Below are positions 17,924-26,898 of a DNA stretch of 64,000 nt, piece by piece. How positions within the stretch are numbered: the first letter of the stretch is position 1; every line of letters begins with the position of its first letter. The translations under genes and the position numbers were made by a program. This stretch comes from Spirochaetales bacterium (GTDB lineage: Bacteria; Spirochaetota; Spirochaetia; DSM-27196; SLST01): positions 35,370 through 99,369 of the forward strand of contig SKZO01000010.1 in assembly GCA_007127335.1 (NCBI GenBank), in the 5' to 3' direction. The notes under the pieces are model-generated. The model saw only the letters and a program-made list of their open reading frames with translations. It was not told the origin of the DNA and searched no databases.

Positions 17924-18274
17924 ATGCAAGGAATGCTCAACGAACAGGAACGACTCAGGGCCCAGGCGCGCGCCTCGATCCTGAAGGCACTCGCCCACCC
18001 GACGCGGGTCTACATCGTCGACCTCATCTCTCGCGAGGGCGCTCACTGCGTATGCGAGCTTACCGACCGGATTGGCGCGGACACTTCGACGGTGTCTCGA
18101 CATCTCTCGCTGCTCAGGAATGCCGGATTACTGTACGATCGCAAGGAGGGAACGACGGTCTACTACGATCTGACCTGCGACTGCATATCCGACTTCATGA
18201 ACGGTCTCGAGTCGGTGCTCCGCGCGCGGCACAAGCGAGAGCAGGCGGCCTTCGCGGCGTCCGTCGGGCAGTGA
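17924..18274 (+). CDS. arsR: ArsR/SmtB-family metalloregulator with CVC metalloid-binding motif
   Basis: It has the wHTH core ILKALAHPTRVYIVDLI...HCVCELT...STVSRHLSLLRNAGLL. The CVC resembles the ELCVCDL As(III) site of ArsR. The start is ATG 17924 or ATG 17933, and the upstream part of track ORF 17792 is rejected. Confidence 0.85.
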   Translation: MQGMLNEQERLRAQARASILKALAHPTRVYIVDLISREGAHCVCELTDRIGADTSTVSRHLSLLRNAGLLYDRKEGTTVYYDLTCDCISDFMNGLESVLRARHKREQAAFAASVGQ

Positions 18275-18284
18275 GCGCGAGCGC

Positions 18285-19130
18285 CTACTCAGTGCGTTCC
18301 GGGCGGTCTTCCGGTCCTGGTACCTGCGCCCGCGACTCAGTACGGTGGAGCGCAGCGGTACCTACTCTCACTCCGATCTTCGGTAGCGCGATCAGGAGCG
18401 GTACGCCGATCAGCGTGGCTGCCAGCGAGAAGACGGCCCGTTCGACCGGCGCGACGAAGGCGAGTCCTCGCCACATCGTCGCCGGCCAGTCGTACAGCAG
18501 GATACCCGCGAAGTTCGCGATTCCTGCGGAGGAGACGAACCCCGCGTAGGCGGCGAAGAAGACGCCCGTTGCCATGCGCGCGGCAGGAACCGCGCCGCTA
18601 TCGGTCCGGGTCGCGAGACGGCGCCAGACCAGTGCCCCCGCGGCCGTTGCCAGGAGTCCCGCCGTGTAGAAGATGAAGGGGAAGATCGCCGCATCAGTCC
18701 CGATCGGCGTGAGGAACCAGAGCCCGTAGCCACCGCCGATGATCGCCGCCGTGACGTACCATCGACCGCGCGTGATCAGTCCTACGGCCGCGGCGTTGAT
18801 AGTGCCAACGAGAAAGGTCGCGGGGCCGAGCCATGCCGTATGTGGCGCGATCAGTTGGGCGATGAACGATCCGACCGCGGCGCAGACAGCGCCGCCTACC
18901 GGGCCAAAGAGAACGCCGGCGAGCGGGACAAAGGCCACGCTGACGGTGAAGGTTCCGGAGATCCCGAGAATGGGGATCGTGGGCAGAAGGTTCCCGGTTG
19001 CGATGATGGCGGCCCAGACAGCGATCACCGCGGGGTGAATACCGGATCCGACGAAGACGGTCTCCTGCTCGTCATCCAGACCGGCCTCTGCATCCAGGCC
19101 GGGTTCGTTCTGCGAAGGGTTCACCCGCAT
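18285..19130 (-). CDS. polytopic membrane protein, candidate ECF-transporter S (substrate-capture) component of unknown specificity
   Basis: It has about 6-7 TM segments rich in Gly and Ala. It overlaps the ECF ATPase stop by 10 nt and is the last gene of the operon. I recognise no specific S-component family. Confidence 0.5.
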   Translation of the reverse strand: MRVNPSQNEPGLDAEAGLDDEQETVFVGSGIHPAVIAVWAAIIATGNLLPTIPILGISGTFTVSVAFVPLAGVLFGPVGGAVCAAVGSFIAQLIAPHTAWLGPATFLVGTINAAAVGLITRGRWYVTAAIIGGGYGLWFLTPIGTDAAIFPFIFYTAGLLATAAGALVWRRLATRTDSGAVPAARMATGVFFAAYAGFVSSAGIANFAGILLYDWPATMWRGLAFVAPVERAVFSLAATLIGVPLLIALPKIGVRVGTAALHRTESRAQVPGPEDRPERTE

Positions 19131-20722
19131 ATCTGCTCCTCGTCATACATGTCGTCTGCGAAGGCACCGGCGAGCTCATAGGGTGCCCCATGCGTCGTGA
19201 GCACACCGGCGGCCTCGAGCACGTCGGTCTGTTCCCGGGTGATCTCGCTGGTCGGCCCATCGGCCACGATGCGCCCTGCGTCCATGACGATCAGCCGCTC
19301 GGCGTACTCGCACAGGAGTCCCAGATCGTGGCCGATCGCGATGACCGTCCTGCCGGCATCCCGCAGGCTGCACGCGATCTCCATGACCCTGCGGCTGCCT
19401 TCGACGTCGTGACCTCGTGTTGGCTCATCGAGCAGGATGACAGCCGAGTCGAGCGCAAGCACCGAAGCGAACGCGACGAGCGATCGGTCGCTGCGTCCGA
19501 GTGCAAGAGGGTGTTCCTGTGCCTTATCGGGCAGCCCCACGATCTCAAGCGATCGTCCGACCCTGTCCTCTACCTCTGCCCGATCGAGTCCCTGGTTGAC
19601 CGGGCCGAATGCGACTTCTTTCCACACCGTGTCCGCGAACAGCTGATGGTCGGGATTCTGCTGGACGTAGCCCACCCGTCGCACCAGCTCGGAGGGGTCG
19701 AGCGTCCGCACCGGTCTGCCGGCAACCCGCACCTCTCCCGCGGCAGGCTCGAGGAGCCCGACGATCGCCTTGAACAGCGTCGTCTTTCCCGAACCGTTGC
19801 GACCCACGATTCCGGCGAACTCACCGGGGGCGAACCCGGCTGAAACATCGTCCACCGCAACCGTCCCGGGATACTCGCAGCGCAGCGCGTCGACATCAAT
19901 TCGGCATCGGTCGACCAGGGGGTCCGCGGCGACGGCGGCGGTCCGTCCGGAAGCCGCACCGCCGGCCCGACGGAAGAAGCGCGACGGATCTGGTCCCGCA
20001 AACACCCGCTCCGGCGTGTCGAATGCCGCGAGCCGGCCGGCCTCGAGCGCGAGGACCCGGTCCGCGTACGCCGATGCGAGCGCCATGTCATGCGTTGCGA
20101 CGATGACCGTCAGCTTGTACCGGAGCTTCAGACGGCACACGAGCTCCATGAGATGCCGCGATCCCTCCGCGTCAAGCTGGCTCGTCGCCTCATCGAACAC
20201 GAGGACGCGCGGCGTCATGGCGAGCAGGGACGCAATCGTGAGGCGCTGCTTCTGACCGCCGGACAGCGTGGCCGGTGCACGGTCTTCGAATCCACGCAGA
20301 CCGACGGCTCGGAGGGCCCGCGCCACCGAGGTCCGGATCGTGTCCGGTTCCATGCCAAGATTCTCTCCACCGAACGCCGCCTCGTCGAGCACCGTGCCGG
20401 CAAACAGTTGGGCGTCAGGATCCTCGAGGACGAGACCCACATGCCGCGCGAGCTCGGCGACCTGGTGCGATCGCGTATCCAGGCCATGGACACGGACCCT
20501 CCCCTTGAGCGCACCTCCCTCGAAATGGGGGACGATGCCGTTCAGACACTTGCAGAGCGTCGATTTCCCTGCGTCGTTCGGTCCAATGACAGCGACGAAC
20601 TCGCCGGGCAGAATCCGCAGGTTGATGTCCTGCAGGGCCCACCGGGGCGAGTCAGGGTAGCGGTACGAGAAACGGTGAAACGTCACTGCTGCAGCGACGT
20701 GGTGTTCGGGAACGGGCAGCAT
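19121..20722 (-). CDS. ECF transporter ATPase, fused double-NBD (EcfA-EcfA')
   Basis: Two ABC domains are present. Walker A motifs are GPNDAGKST and GRNGSGKTT, with signature LSGGQKQR and Walker B motifs VLVFDEATSQLD and ILLDEPTRGHD. Confidence 0.85.
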   Translation of the reverse strand: MLPVPEHHVAAAVTFHRFSYRYPDSPRWALQDINLRILPGEFVAVIGPNDAGKSTLCKCLNGIVPHFEGGALKGRVRVHGLDTRSHQVAELARHVGLVLEDPDAQLFAGTVLDEAAFGGENLGMEPDTIRTSVARALRAVGLRGFEDRAPATLSGGQKQRLTIASLLAMTPRVLVFDEATSQLDAEGSRHLMELVCRLKLRYKLTVIVATHDMALASAYADRVLALEAGRLAAFDTPERVFAGPDPSRFFRRAGGAASGRTAAVAADPLVDRCRIDVDALRCEYPGTVAVDDVSAGFAPGEFAGIVGRNGSGKTTLFKAIVGLLEPAAGEVRVAGRPVRTLDPSELVRRVGYVQQNPDHQLFADTVWKEVAFGPVNQGLDRAEVEDRVGRSLEIVGLPDKAQEHPLALGRSDRSLVAFASVLALDSAVILLDEPTRGHDVEGSRRVMEIACSLRDAGRTVIAIGHDLGLLCEYAERLIVMDAGRIVADGPTSEITREQTDVLEAAGVLTTHGAPYELAGAFADDMYDEEQICG

Positions 20723-20753
20723 TCAGACTCCTTATCCCAGGACGGCAAGCGAA

Positions 20754-21518
20754 TCACAGGACTCGGTCGACAGCAGCGAGAACGCCGAACAGGATCATCG
20801 CTGCCAGGAGAATCAACCCATCGAGCCGGCGGAACGAGAGGGTGTGGATCGACGTGCGCGCCGCACCCGATCCGAAGGCGCGCGACTGCATTGCCACGCT
20901 CATCAGTGTGGCCCGCCGCATCGAGGTCATGACCAGGGGGACCACGAGAGCAGGATATGCCCGAACCTTCTGAAGGAACCGCCCGCGGTCAAACGCCGAT
21001 GATCCCCGTAGCCGTTGCGCTGCGCTGATCGTCGCGAAATCCGCGCGAAGCACCGGTATCTGGTTGAGCGCCGTTGTTACGGTGTAGGCGGCCCTGTACG
21101 GCAACCCGAGGCGGGTGAGGGCGAGTACGATCCGGTCGATGCTCGTCCGTGACGTGAGGATGGGCACCGTGCAGGCGAGCACCAGGACCCTCAGACAGAG
21201 CATGAGCCCGAAGCCGATTCCTTCGAGCGTCACGGGAAGCGTGAGCAGACCGATCCGCGGCAGTTCCACCCGGACCGGCGTGTCGCCCGGGAAAAAGAAC
21301 GCCTGCGCCGTGATGATGAGCACGAAGACGACTCGAAGCGGCTTGATGCCGGCGAGCAGCTGGCCCCATTCGAGTCCCACCGCGCGCCACAGGAGCAATA
21401 CCACGGCAAACGCCGCCCCGATCGTCGCCGGATGTCGCAGCAGAAAACAGAGGGCGGACATCAGGATCACTACGGCGATTCGTACGCGGGGGTCTAGCCT
21501 CTCCATTCTGTACTCCAC
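20754..21518 (-). CDS. ECF transporter transmembrane (T) component, EcfT/CbiQ family
   Basis: It is a multi-TM protein whose C-terminal part carries ISAAQRLRG...MRRATLMSVAMQSRAFG, typical of CbiQ/EcfT coupling helices. Confidence 0.8.
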   Translation of the reverse strand: MEYRMERLDPRVRIAVVILMSALCFLLRHPATIGAAFAVVLLLWRAVGLEWGQLLAGIKPLRVVFVLIITAQAFFFPGDTPVRVELPRIGLLTLPVTLEGIGFGLMLCLRVLVLACTVPILTSRTSIDRIVLALTRLGLPYRAAYTVTTALNQIPVLRADFATISAAQRLRGSSAFDRGRFLQKVRAYPALVVPLVMTSMRRATLMSVAMQSRAFGSGAARTSIHTLSFRRLDGLILLAAMILFGVLAAVDRVL

Positions 21519-21548
21519 CTGTGGGCGCCTCGCCGGCGACCGGAGACA

Positions 21549-22565
21549 TCACGTCCTGGGAATCTCCCGCACGATCTCCGGCAGCACCTCGAAAAGGTCG
21601 CCCACGATCGCCACGTCTGCGAGCTGCATCAGCGGCGTATCGGGGTCCTTGTCGATCGCGATAATGTAGTCACACGACTGCATACCGACAAGGTGTTGAA
21701 TCTGTCCGGATATCCCGCACGCGACATAGACCATGGCCTGGACCGTCTGGCCTGTCTGACCAACCTGGTGGTTATACGGGACCCAGCCGGAATCGACCGC
21801 CGCACGACTCGCTCCAACCGCACCGTTGACGCGTTCTGCAAGGCGTTTCAGCAGCTGGAACCCTTCAGGCCCCTTGACGCCGCGGCCGCCGGCGATGATG
21901 AAGCGTGCGTCGGCAAGGTTGATCGCGTTTTCCGTGTCCTGGAAGATCTCAACCACCTTCTTGAGCGTCGACTTCTCGCTCTCGAGCAGTTGCTCTCTGA
22001 TTACACGGCCGGTCCGGCCCGTGTCCGCGGGAAGGGCATTCATGACGCGTGGGCGGACCGTTGCCATCTGCGGACGGTGGTTGGAACAACGTATCGTGGC
22101 CATGATGTTCCCGCCAAAGGCCGGCCGGGTCTGGAGAAGATCGCCGTTCTCGGGGTCGATCGAGAGACCCGTACAATCAGCCGTGAGCCCGCAGTTCGCC
22201 GCAACGGCCACTCGCGGAATGAGCGCGCGTCCTCGGGTTGTCGCGCCGCAGAGGACGATCTCCGGTTTGTGGGTGTCGACGAACCGTACGAGGACCGACG
22301 CCATGTCTTCGTCGACGAACTCGGCGAAACGCGGCTCATCGACAGCCAGGACAACATCGGCCCCGCCATGGAAGAGCGGTTCGATCTGCCCGTCCAATCC
22401 GTGACCCATCACCACACACCAGACTTCGCAGGCCCGGTCATTCGCGAGCGAACGCGCCGCGCCAAGAAGCTCGTACGTTACCTTCTGGATCTGCCCGCCG
22501 AGCACCTCGGCGACCACCCAGACGTTCCTGTACCCGGTCCGAGCCTCGTCAGTATTGGCTATCAT
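21549..22565 (-). CDS. etfA: electron transfer flavoprotein, alpha (large) subunit
   Basis: It has VWVVAEV...KVTYELLGAAR at the N-terminus. The C-terminal FAD-binding segment is IIAGGRGV...LGASRAAVDSGW....QVGQTGQTV.P.VY.ACGISG.IQH. There is no N-terminal ferredoxin domain. Confidence 0.85.
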   Translation of the reverse strand: MIANTDEARTGYRNVWVVAEVLGGQIQKVTYELLGAARSLANDRACEVWCVVMGHGLDGQIEPLFHGGADVVLAVDEPRFAEFVDEDMASVLVRFVDTHKPEIVLCGATTRGRALIPRVAVAANCGLTADCTGLSIDPENGDLLQTRPAFGGNIMATIRCSNHRPQMATVRPRVMNALPADTGRTGRVIREQLLESEKSTLKKVVEIFQDTENAINLADARFIIAGGRGVKGPEGFQLLKRLAERVNGAVGASRAAVDSGWVPYNHQVGQTGQTVQAMVYVACGISGQIQHLVGMQSCDYIIAIDKDPDTPLMQLADVAIVGDLFEVLPEIVREIPRT

Positions 22566-22593
22566 CTATGCTCCTTTCCTGATTCCGAATCGT

Positions 22594-23382
22594 CTAGAGA
22601 AGACCGCGCCGGCGCAACTCGCGTACGAGTGTTCCTGCGCTCTCTGAAGGCGAGCCGTTGAGCACAAGCGTCTCCGCTCCGCGCGGCGGCGGCGGGTTGG
22701 TCTTGACGACACGGGTTGGAGAGCCGTTGAGCCCAATCAGCTCCTCGTCGGCGCCGATGTCCTCGGGCGACCAGACCGGTATATCGAGTTTCTGGGCTGC
22801 AAGCCGACCCTTCAACGTAGGAACTCGCGGCTGGTTGATATCCTTGACCACGGTGAGCACAGCGGGAAGCGTGATCTCGCAGAGGTCCCACCCATCCTCG
22901 TGCATCCGTCGTGTAGTGATCACTCCGTTGTTAGACTCAGGAATCTCCATGACATAGGTTGCCTGAGCCCATCCGAGCTGGGCGGCGATTCCGGGCCCGA
23001 CCTGCGCCGTGTCGCCATCGATCGCCTGTTTGCCGCACAACACCAGGTCCACGCCACCGATCTTCTCAATCGCCTTCGCCAGCGCATAGCTCGTGGCCCA
23101 GGTATCAGACCCTCCGAAGGCACGTCCGCTGAGCAGTATTCCGGCGTCTGCCCCCACGGAGATCGCCTCGCGCAGGACGGTCTCGGCCCGCGGCGGTCCC
23201 ATCGTCATCACGATGACTTCGCCGCCGCTCTTCTCCTTTATCTTCACCGCTTCTTCCACCGCATAGGTGTCGAACGGATTCATGACCGCCTTGATTCCCT
23301 CCCGGACGATTCGCTTCGTCTCCGGGTCTATCTTCGCGTCATGGGTGCCGGGCACCTGTTTGACGCAGACTACCATCTTCAT
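22594..23382 (-). CDS. etfB: electron transfer flavoprotein, beta (small) subunit
   Basis: The start is refined to ATG 23382 (MKMVVCVKQVP, the canonical EtfB N-terminus), forming an ATGA overlap with the MetF-like stop. It contains CGKQAIDGDTAQVGP (motif at 22993..23019). Confidence 0.85.
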   Translation of the reverse strand: MKMVVCVKQVPGTHDAKIDPETKRIVREGIKAVMNPFDTYAVEEAVKIKEKSGGEVIVMTMGPPRAETVLREAISVGADAGILLSGRAFGGSDTWATSYALAKAIEKIGGVDLVLCGKQAIDGDTAQVGPGIAAQLGWAQATYVMEIPESNNGVITTRRMHEDGWDLCEITLPAVLTVVKDINQPRVPTLKGRLAAQKLDIPVWSPEDIGADEELIGLNGSPTRVVKTNPPPPRGAETLVLNGSPSESAGTLVRELRRRGLL

Positions 23383-24206
23383 GAGGCCACCTCTTCGGAC
23401 TGAACCTGCTCCCAGAGCCCGGTGATCCGGTCGTACTGTTTCTTGAACCCGAGCAGCGACAGGTAGACACCGCAACGGGGGTAGTTCCGGTGCAGGTTCT
23501 TGAGCGTCTCAACCGGATTGAACGACTCGGGGTCCTCGGCAACCTCGTACCCTACGGCCTCGGACAGAAGCCCGATATTCTTGCTCATCCACGCTTCAAC
23601 GGCTACCGGTATGTCCGGGTACTTCTCGAGAAGCTTGTCCACGACCGGATGGTTGTCGATCACCGGCTGCGTGATGATGAACGATGCGCCGGCGTCGATC
23701 TTTCGTTCCATCTTTGCGAACTCGTGTTCCTCCGGCTCGTAGGGGTTGAAGGCCACTCCAAGCTCAAAGACGCCCGGATACTCGCGCCGAATATAGCGCA
23801 GCAGCTCAACTGACGTCACAGACTCGACGTCCGTCGCGCCCACGTCGGCCGGAGTGAGCTTGGGCAGGCGGTCGGATCCGTCACCCGAGATCACGAGCAA
23901 CTGCTCGATCTTCATCTCCTTGCACGACTCGAGAATCCGGTCGAGGTCATCCTTCGTGTGAAAGGTGTTCAGGTGGATCATCACCAGGCCGGGTTTGGGC
24001 TCGAGCTCGAGCTCTTCGATCATCTCCGTTCCCTGGAACGCGAGATTGCCCATCGCGTTGTCGGTAATACAGCAGCAGTAGCCGCTGTCCATCACGCGGT
24101 TGAACTTGTTCGTGAACCGCTCGAGGTCAGCTTCGAGCTTCTCCGAATCCTGCTTTGGAGGCAGGACTTCCACGTGGTAGATCCTGTTTTCGATGTGGTG
24201 CTGCAT
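23379..24206 (-). CDS. divergent methylenetetrahydrofolate reductase (MetF)-like protein
   Basis: The N-terminus YHVEVLPPK resembles the MetF (F)EFFPPK start, and the layout and length (275 aa) are TIM-barrel-like. It sits between fhs and etfB. The assignment is by pattern and context only. Confidence 0.55.
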   Translation of the reverse strand: MQHHIENRIYHVEVLPPKQDSEKLEADLERFTNKFNRVMDSGYCCCITDNAMGNLAFQGTEMIEELELEPKPGLVMIHLNTFHTKDDLDRILESCKEMKIEQLLVISGDGSDRLPKLTPADVGATDVESVTSVELLRYIRREYPGVFELGVAFNPYEPEEHEFAKMERKIDAGASFIITQPVIDNHPVVDKLLEKYPDIPVAVEAWMSKNIGLLSEAVGYEVAEDPESFNPVETLKNLHRNYPRCGVYLSLLGFKKQYDRITGLWEQVQSEEVAS

Positions 24207-24221
24207 ATCCTTCCTCTCTGC

Positions 24222-25988
24222 TTAGAAGAGTCCGCGGACCTTACCGGTCGCTGTGTCTACGTCGATGTTGCGGAATGCGGGATCAGACGACGTGCCCGGC
24301 ATGAGCTTGACACCGCCGGCAACCGGCACGAGAAAACCCGCACCGCGGTACGTCAGGATGTCGCTGATCGGCAGCGTCCAGCCCTTCGGGCGGCCCTTGA
24401 GCGTCGGGTCATGGCTCAGACTCAAGTGGGTTTTCACCATACAGGTCCCAAGCTCTTTCGCCTCCGGATCCTCAGCGATTGCCGCGAGCTTCTCCTCGGC
24501 CTCCGGCGTGTAACTCACCCCGTCGGCGCCGTATACTTCGCGCGCAAGCAGCGCGATGCGCTCCTTGATGGGCATGTCGAGCGAGTAGAGGTAGTCGAAG
24601 GTTGGCTTCTCCTCGCACGCCTCTACCACGGCCTCAGCCAGCTCGACCGCACCTTCACCGCCCTGCTCCCAGTGCTTGCTCAGAGCGACTCTCGCTCCTG
24701 CGGCCTCTGCCGCACGTCTGATCGCCGCCACCTCATCATCGGAGTCGGTGTAGAAGTGGTTGATACAGACAACCGGCTGTATGCCGCTCTTCTTCACCGT
24801 TTCAATGTGCGCGATGAGATTCTCCGTGCCCTGCTCCACGAGGCCGACATTGGCCTTCGTGTACTCTTCGGCGAGCTCCTTGCCCGGCACGACGCGCGGG
24901 CCGCCTCCGTGCATCTTGAGCGCACGGACCGTACACACGATTACCGCGGCGTTCGGGACCAGGCCGGAGAAGCGGCATTTGAGATTCCAGAACTTCTCGA
25001 AGCCTATGTCGGCACCGAAACCGCTCTCGGTCACGTGGTAGTCGGAGAGCTTGAGAGCGAGGCGATCGGCTACAATCGACGATTGGCCGATAGCGATGTT
25101 CGCGAAAGGACCGGCATGCACGAAAACCGGTTGACCTTCAATGGTCTGCATCAGGTTCGGGTTGATCGCCTTGTGCATCAGCGCAGTCATCGCGCCGCCC
25201 ACCTCGAGGTCGTCGGCTGATACCGGCTTCCCTGACTTGCTGTAGCCAACGACCATTTTCCCGAGACGAGCACGCAAATCCGCGAGGTCCCTGGCGACGG
25301 CGAGGATCGCCATGACTTCCGATGAGACGGTGATCTGAAACCCGCTCTTCATCATGAAGCCGTCCATCTTTCCGCCGATGCCGATGATGATCTCCCGCAG
25401 CGCCTGCGCCGAAAAGTCGATCGTCCAGCCCATCGCCGGGTTGCGAGGATCTATGTTGAGTCGCTCGAGCCCGCGTCGTGCGAGGAACTTGTCGCCATAG
25501 TTGAACTCGTGCTGGATCCGCGAGGTGAGGGCGACCATCGCGAGGTTGTGCGCGTTGTTGATCGCGTCGATGTCTCCGGTCAACCCGAGGCTGAACTCGC
25601 TCAGGGGTATGCACTGCGCGAGCCCTCCGCCGGCTGCACTGCCCTTGATGTTGAATGTTGGACCGCCTGACGGTTGCCGAATTCCTCCGGTTACCCGTTT
25701 GCCGATCTTGCCGAGCCCTTCGACGAGACCCATCGTCGTCGTGGTCTTGCCCTCACCCAGGGGCGTCGGCGTTATCGCGGTGACATCAATGTACTTGCCA
25801 TCGGGCTGGTTCTTCAGCCGATCGAGCACGCTGATGTAGTCGACCTTGCCGATATAATGGCCGTATGGATGAAGCTCGTCCTCAGTGATTCCGAGCTCGT
25901 CGGCTATGACGCCAATCCTCTTCATGTCAGCAGCGGCTGCGTCAGCGATCTCCCAGTCCTTCATCTTCTTCGGGTCCAAGGTGGCCAT
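24222..25988 (-). CDS. fhs: formate--tetrahydrofolate ligase
   Basis: The start is refined to ATG 25988, with AAGGAG 5 nt upstream. Canonical FTHFS segments are present: [41 protein letters not shown] and EGAMTALM-like. Confidence 0.95.
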   Translation of the reverse strand: MATLDPKKMKDWEIADAAAADMKRIGVIADELGITEDELHPYGHYIGKVDYISVLDRLKNQPDGKYIDVTAITPTPLGEGKTTTTMGLVEGLGKIGKRVTGGIRQPSGGPTFNIKGSAAGGGLAQCIPLSEFSLGLTGDIDAINNAHNLAMVALTSRIQHEFNYGDKFLARRGLERLNIDPRNPAMGWTIDFSAQALREIIIGIGGKMDGFMMKSGFQITVSSEVMAILAVARDLADLRARLGKMVVGYSKSGKPVSADDLEVGGAMTALMHKAINPNLMQTIEGQPVFVHAGPFANIAIGQSSIVADRLALKLSDYHVTESGFGADIGFEKFWNLKCRFSGLVPNAAVIVCTVRALKMHGGGPRVVPGKELAEEYTKANVGLVEQGTENLIAHIETVKKSGIQPVVCINHFYTDSDDEVAAIRRAAEAAGARVALSKHWEQGGEGAVELAEAVVEACEEKPTFDYLYSLDMPIKERIALLAREVYGADGVSYTPEAEEKLAAIAEDPEAKELGTCMVKTHLSLSHDPTLKGRPKGWTLPISDILTYRGAGFLVPVAGGVKLMPGTSSDPAFRNIDVDTATGKVRGLF

Positions 25989-25998
25989 ACGTACTCCT

Positions 25999-26898
25999 TT
26001 AGCTCCGCCTGCACGAGGCAAGCGTGTTTTTCATCAGCATTGCGATCGTCATCGGGCCGACGCCGCCGGGTACCGGCGTGATCGAACCGGCGATCTCTTT
26101 CGCCGCGTCGAAGTCCACGTCGCCGCGAAGGATCGCGATCTTCTTCCCCGTCTTCCTGCTGACCTTCTCGCCGACGCGGTTCACGCCCACATCGATGACA
26201 CAGGCGCCGGGCTTGATCCACTCCGGCTTCACGAGTCCGGGCACCCCGGCGGCGACGATCAGAATATCCGCGCGTCGGCAGTGCGACGCGAGGTCTCTCG
26301 TTCTCGTATGCACGACCGTCACCGTCGCGTTCGCCCCGGGGCCCTTCTGAAGCAGCATATTCGCGATCGGCTTCCCGACGATGTTCGACCGTCCAACGAC
26401 GACGACCTCAGCGCCCTCGATCTCAACGCCCGACCGTACGATGAGCTCCTGGATTCCTGCCGGCGTGCACGGCGGGAAGAGCACCTCGTCGCCTCCGATC
26501 ATCAGCCTTCCGACGTTGACGGGATGGAACCCGTCGACGTCCTTGTCCGGATCGATCGCATAGATGACCTTCTTCTCGTCGATGTGGTCCGGCAGCGGGA
26601 GCTGCACGAGAATCCCATGGATCGATTCATCCCTGTTGTACCGTTCGACGAGCGCGAGGAGGTCCGCCTCGCTGATCCCGGGGTCCACGTTCTCCTGCAC
26701 CTCGTTGAACCCGAGATCGAGCGCGGTGCGTACCTTGAGCGTCACGTAGGAGACCGACGCGGGGTTCTCGCCCACGAGTATCGTCACGAGTCCGGGAACC
26801 GTTCCGGTCTTGTCCCGCATCGTCGCCACATCGCTCCTGATCTCGTCGAGAATCGTCTTCGACACCGCACGGCCGTCGATGATCTGCGCGGACATCAC
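25999..26898 (-). CDS. folD: bifunctional methylene-THF dehydrogenase / methenyl-THF cyclohydrolase
   Basis: Canonical FolD segments are present: [45 protein letters not shown] and [12 protein letters not shown]. The start GTG 26898 or ATG 26895 overlaps the upstream stop. Confidence 0.95.
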   Translation of the reverse strand: MMSAQIIDGRAVSKTILDEIRSDVATMRDKTGTVPGLVTILVGENPASVSYVTLKVRTALDLGFNEVQENVDPGISEADLLALVERYNRDESIHGILVQLPLPDHIDEKKVIYAIDPDKDVDGFHPVNVGRLMIGGDEVLFPPCTPAGIQELIVRSGVEIEGAEVVVVGRSNIVGKPIANMLLQKGPGANATVTVVHTRTRDLASHCRRADILIVAAGVPGLVKPEWIKPGACVIDVGVNRVGEKVSRKTGKKIAILRGDVDFDAAKEIAGSITPVPGGVGPMTIAMLMKNTLASCRRS

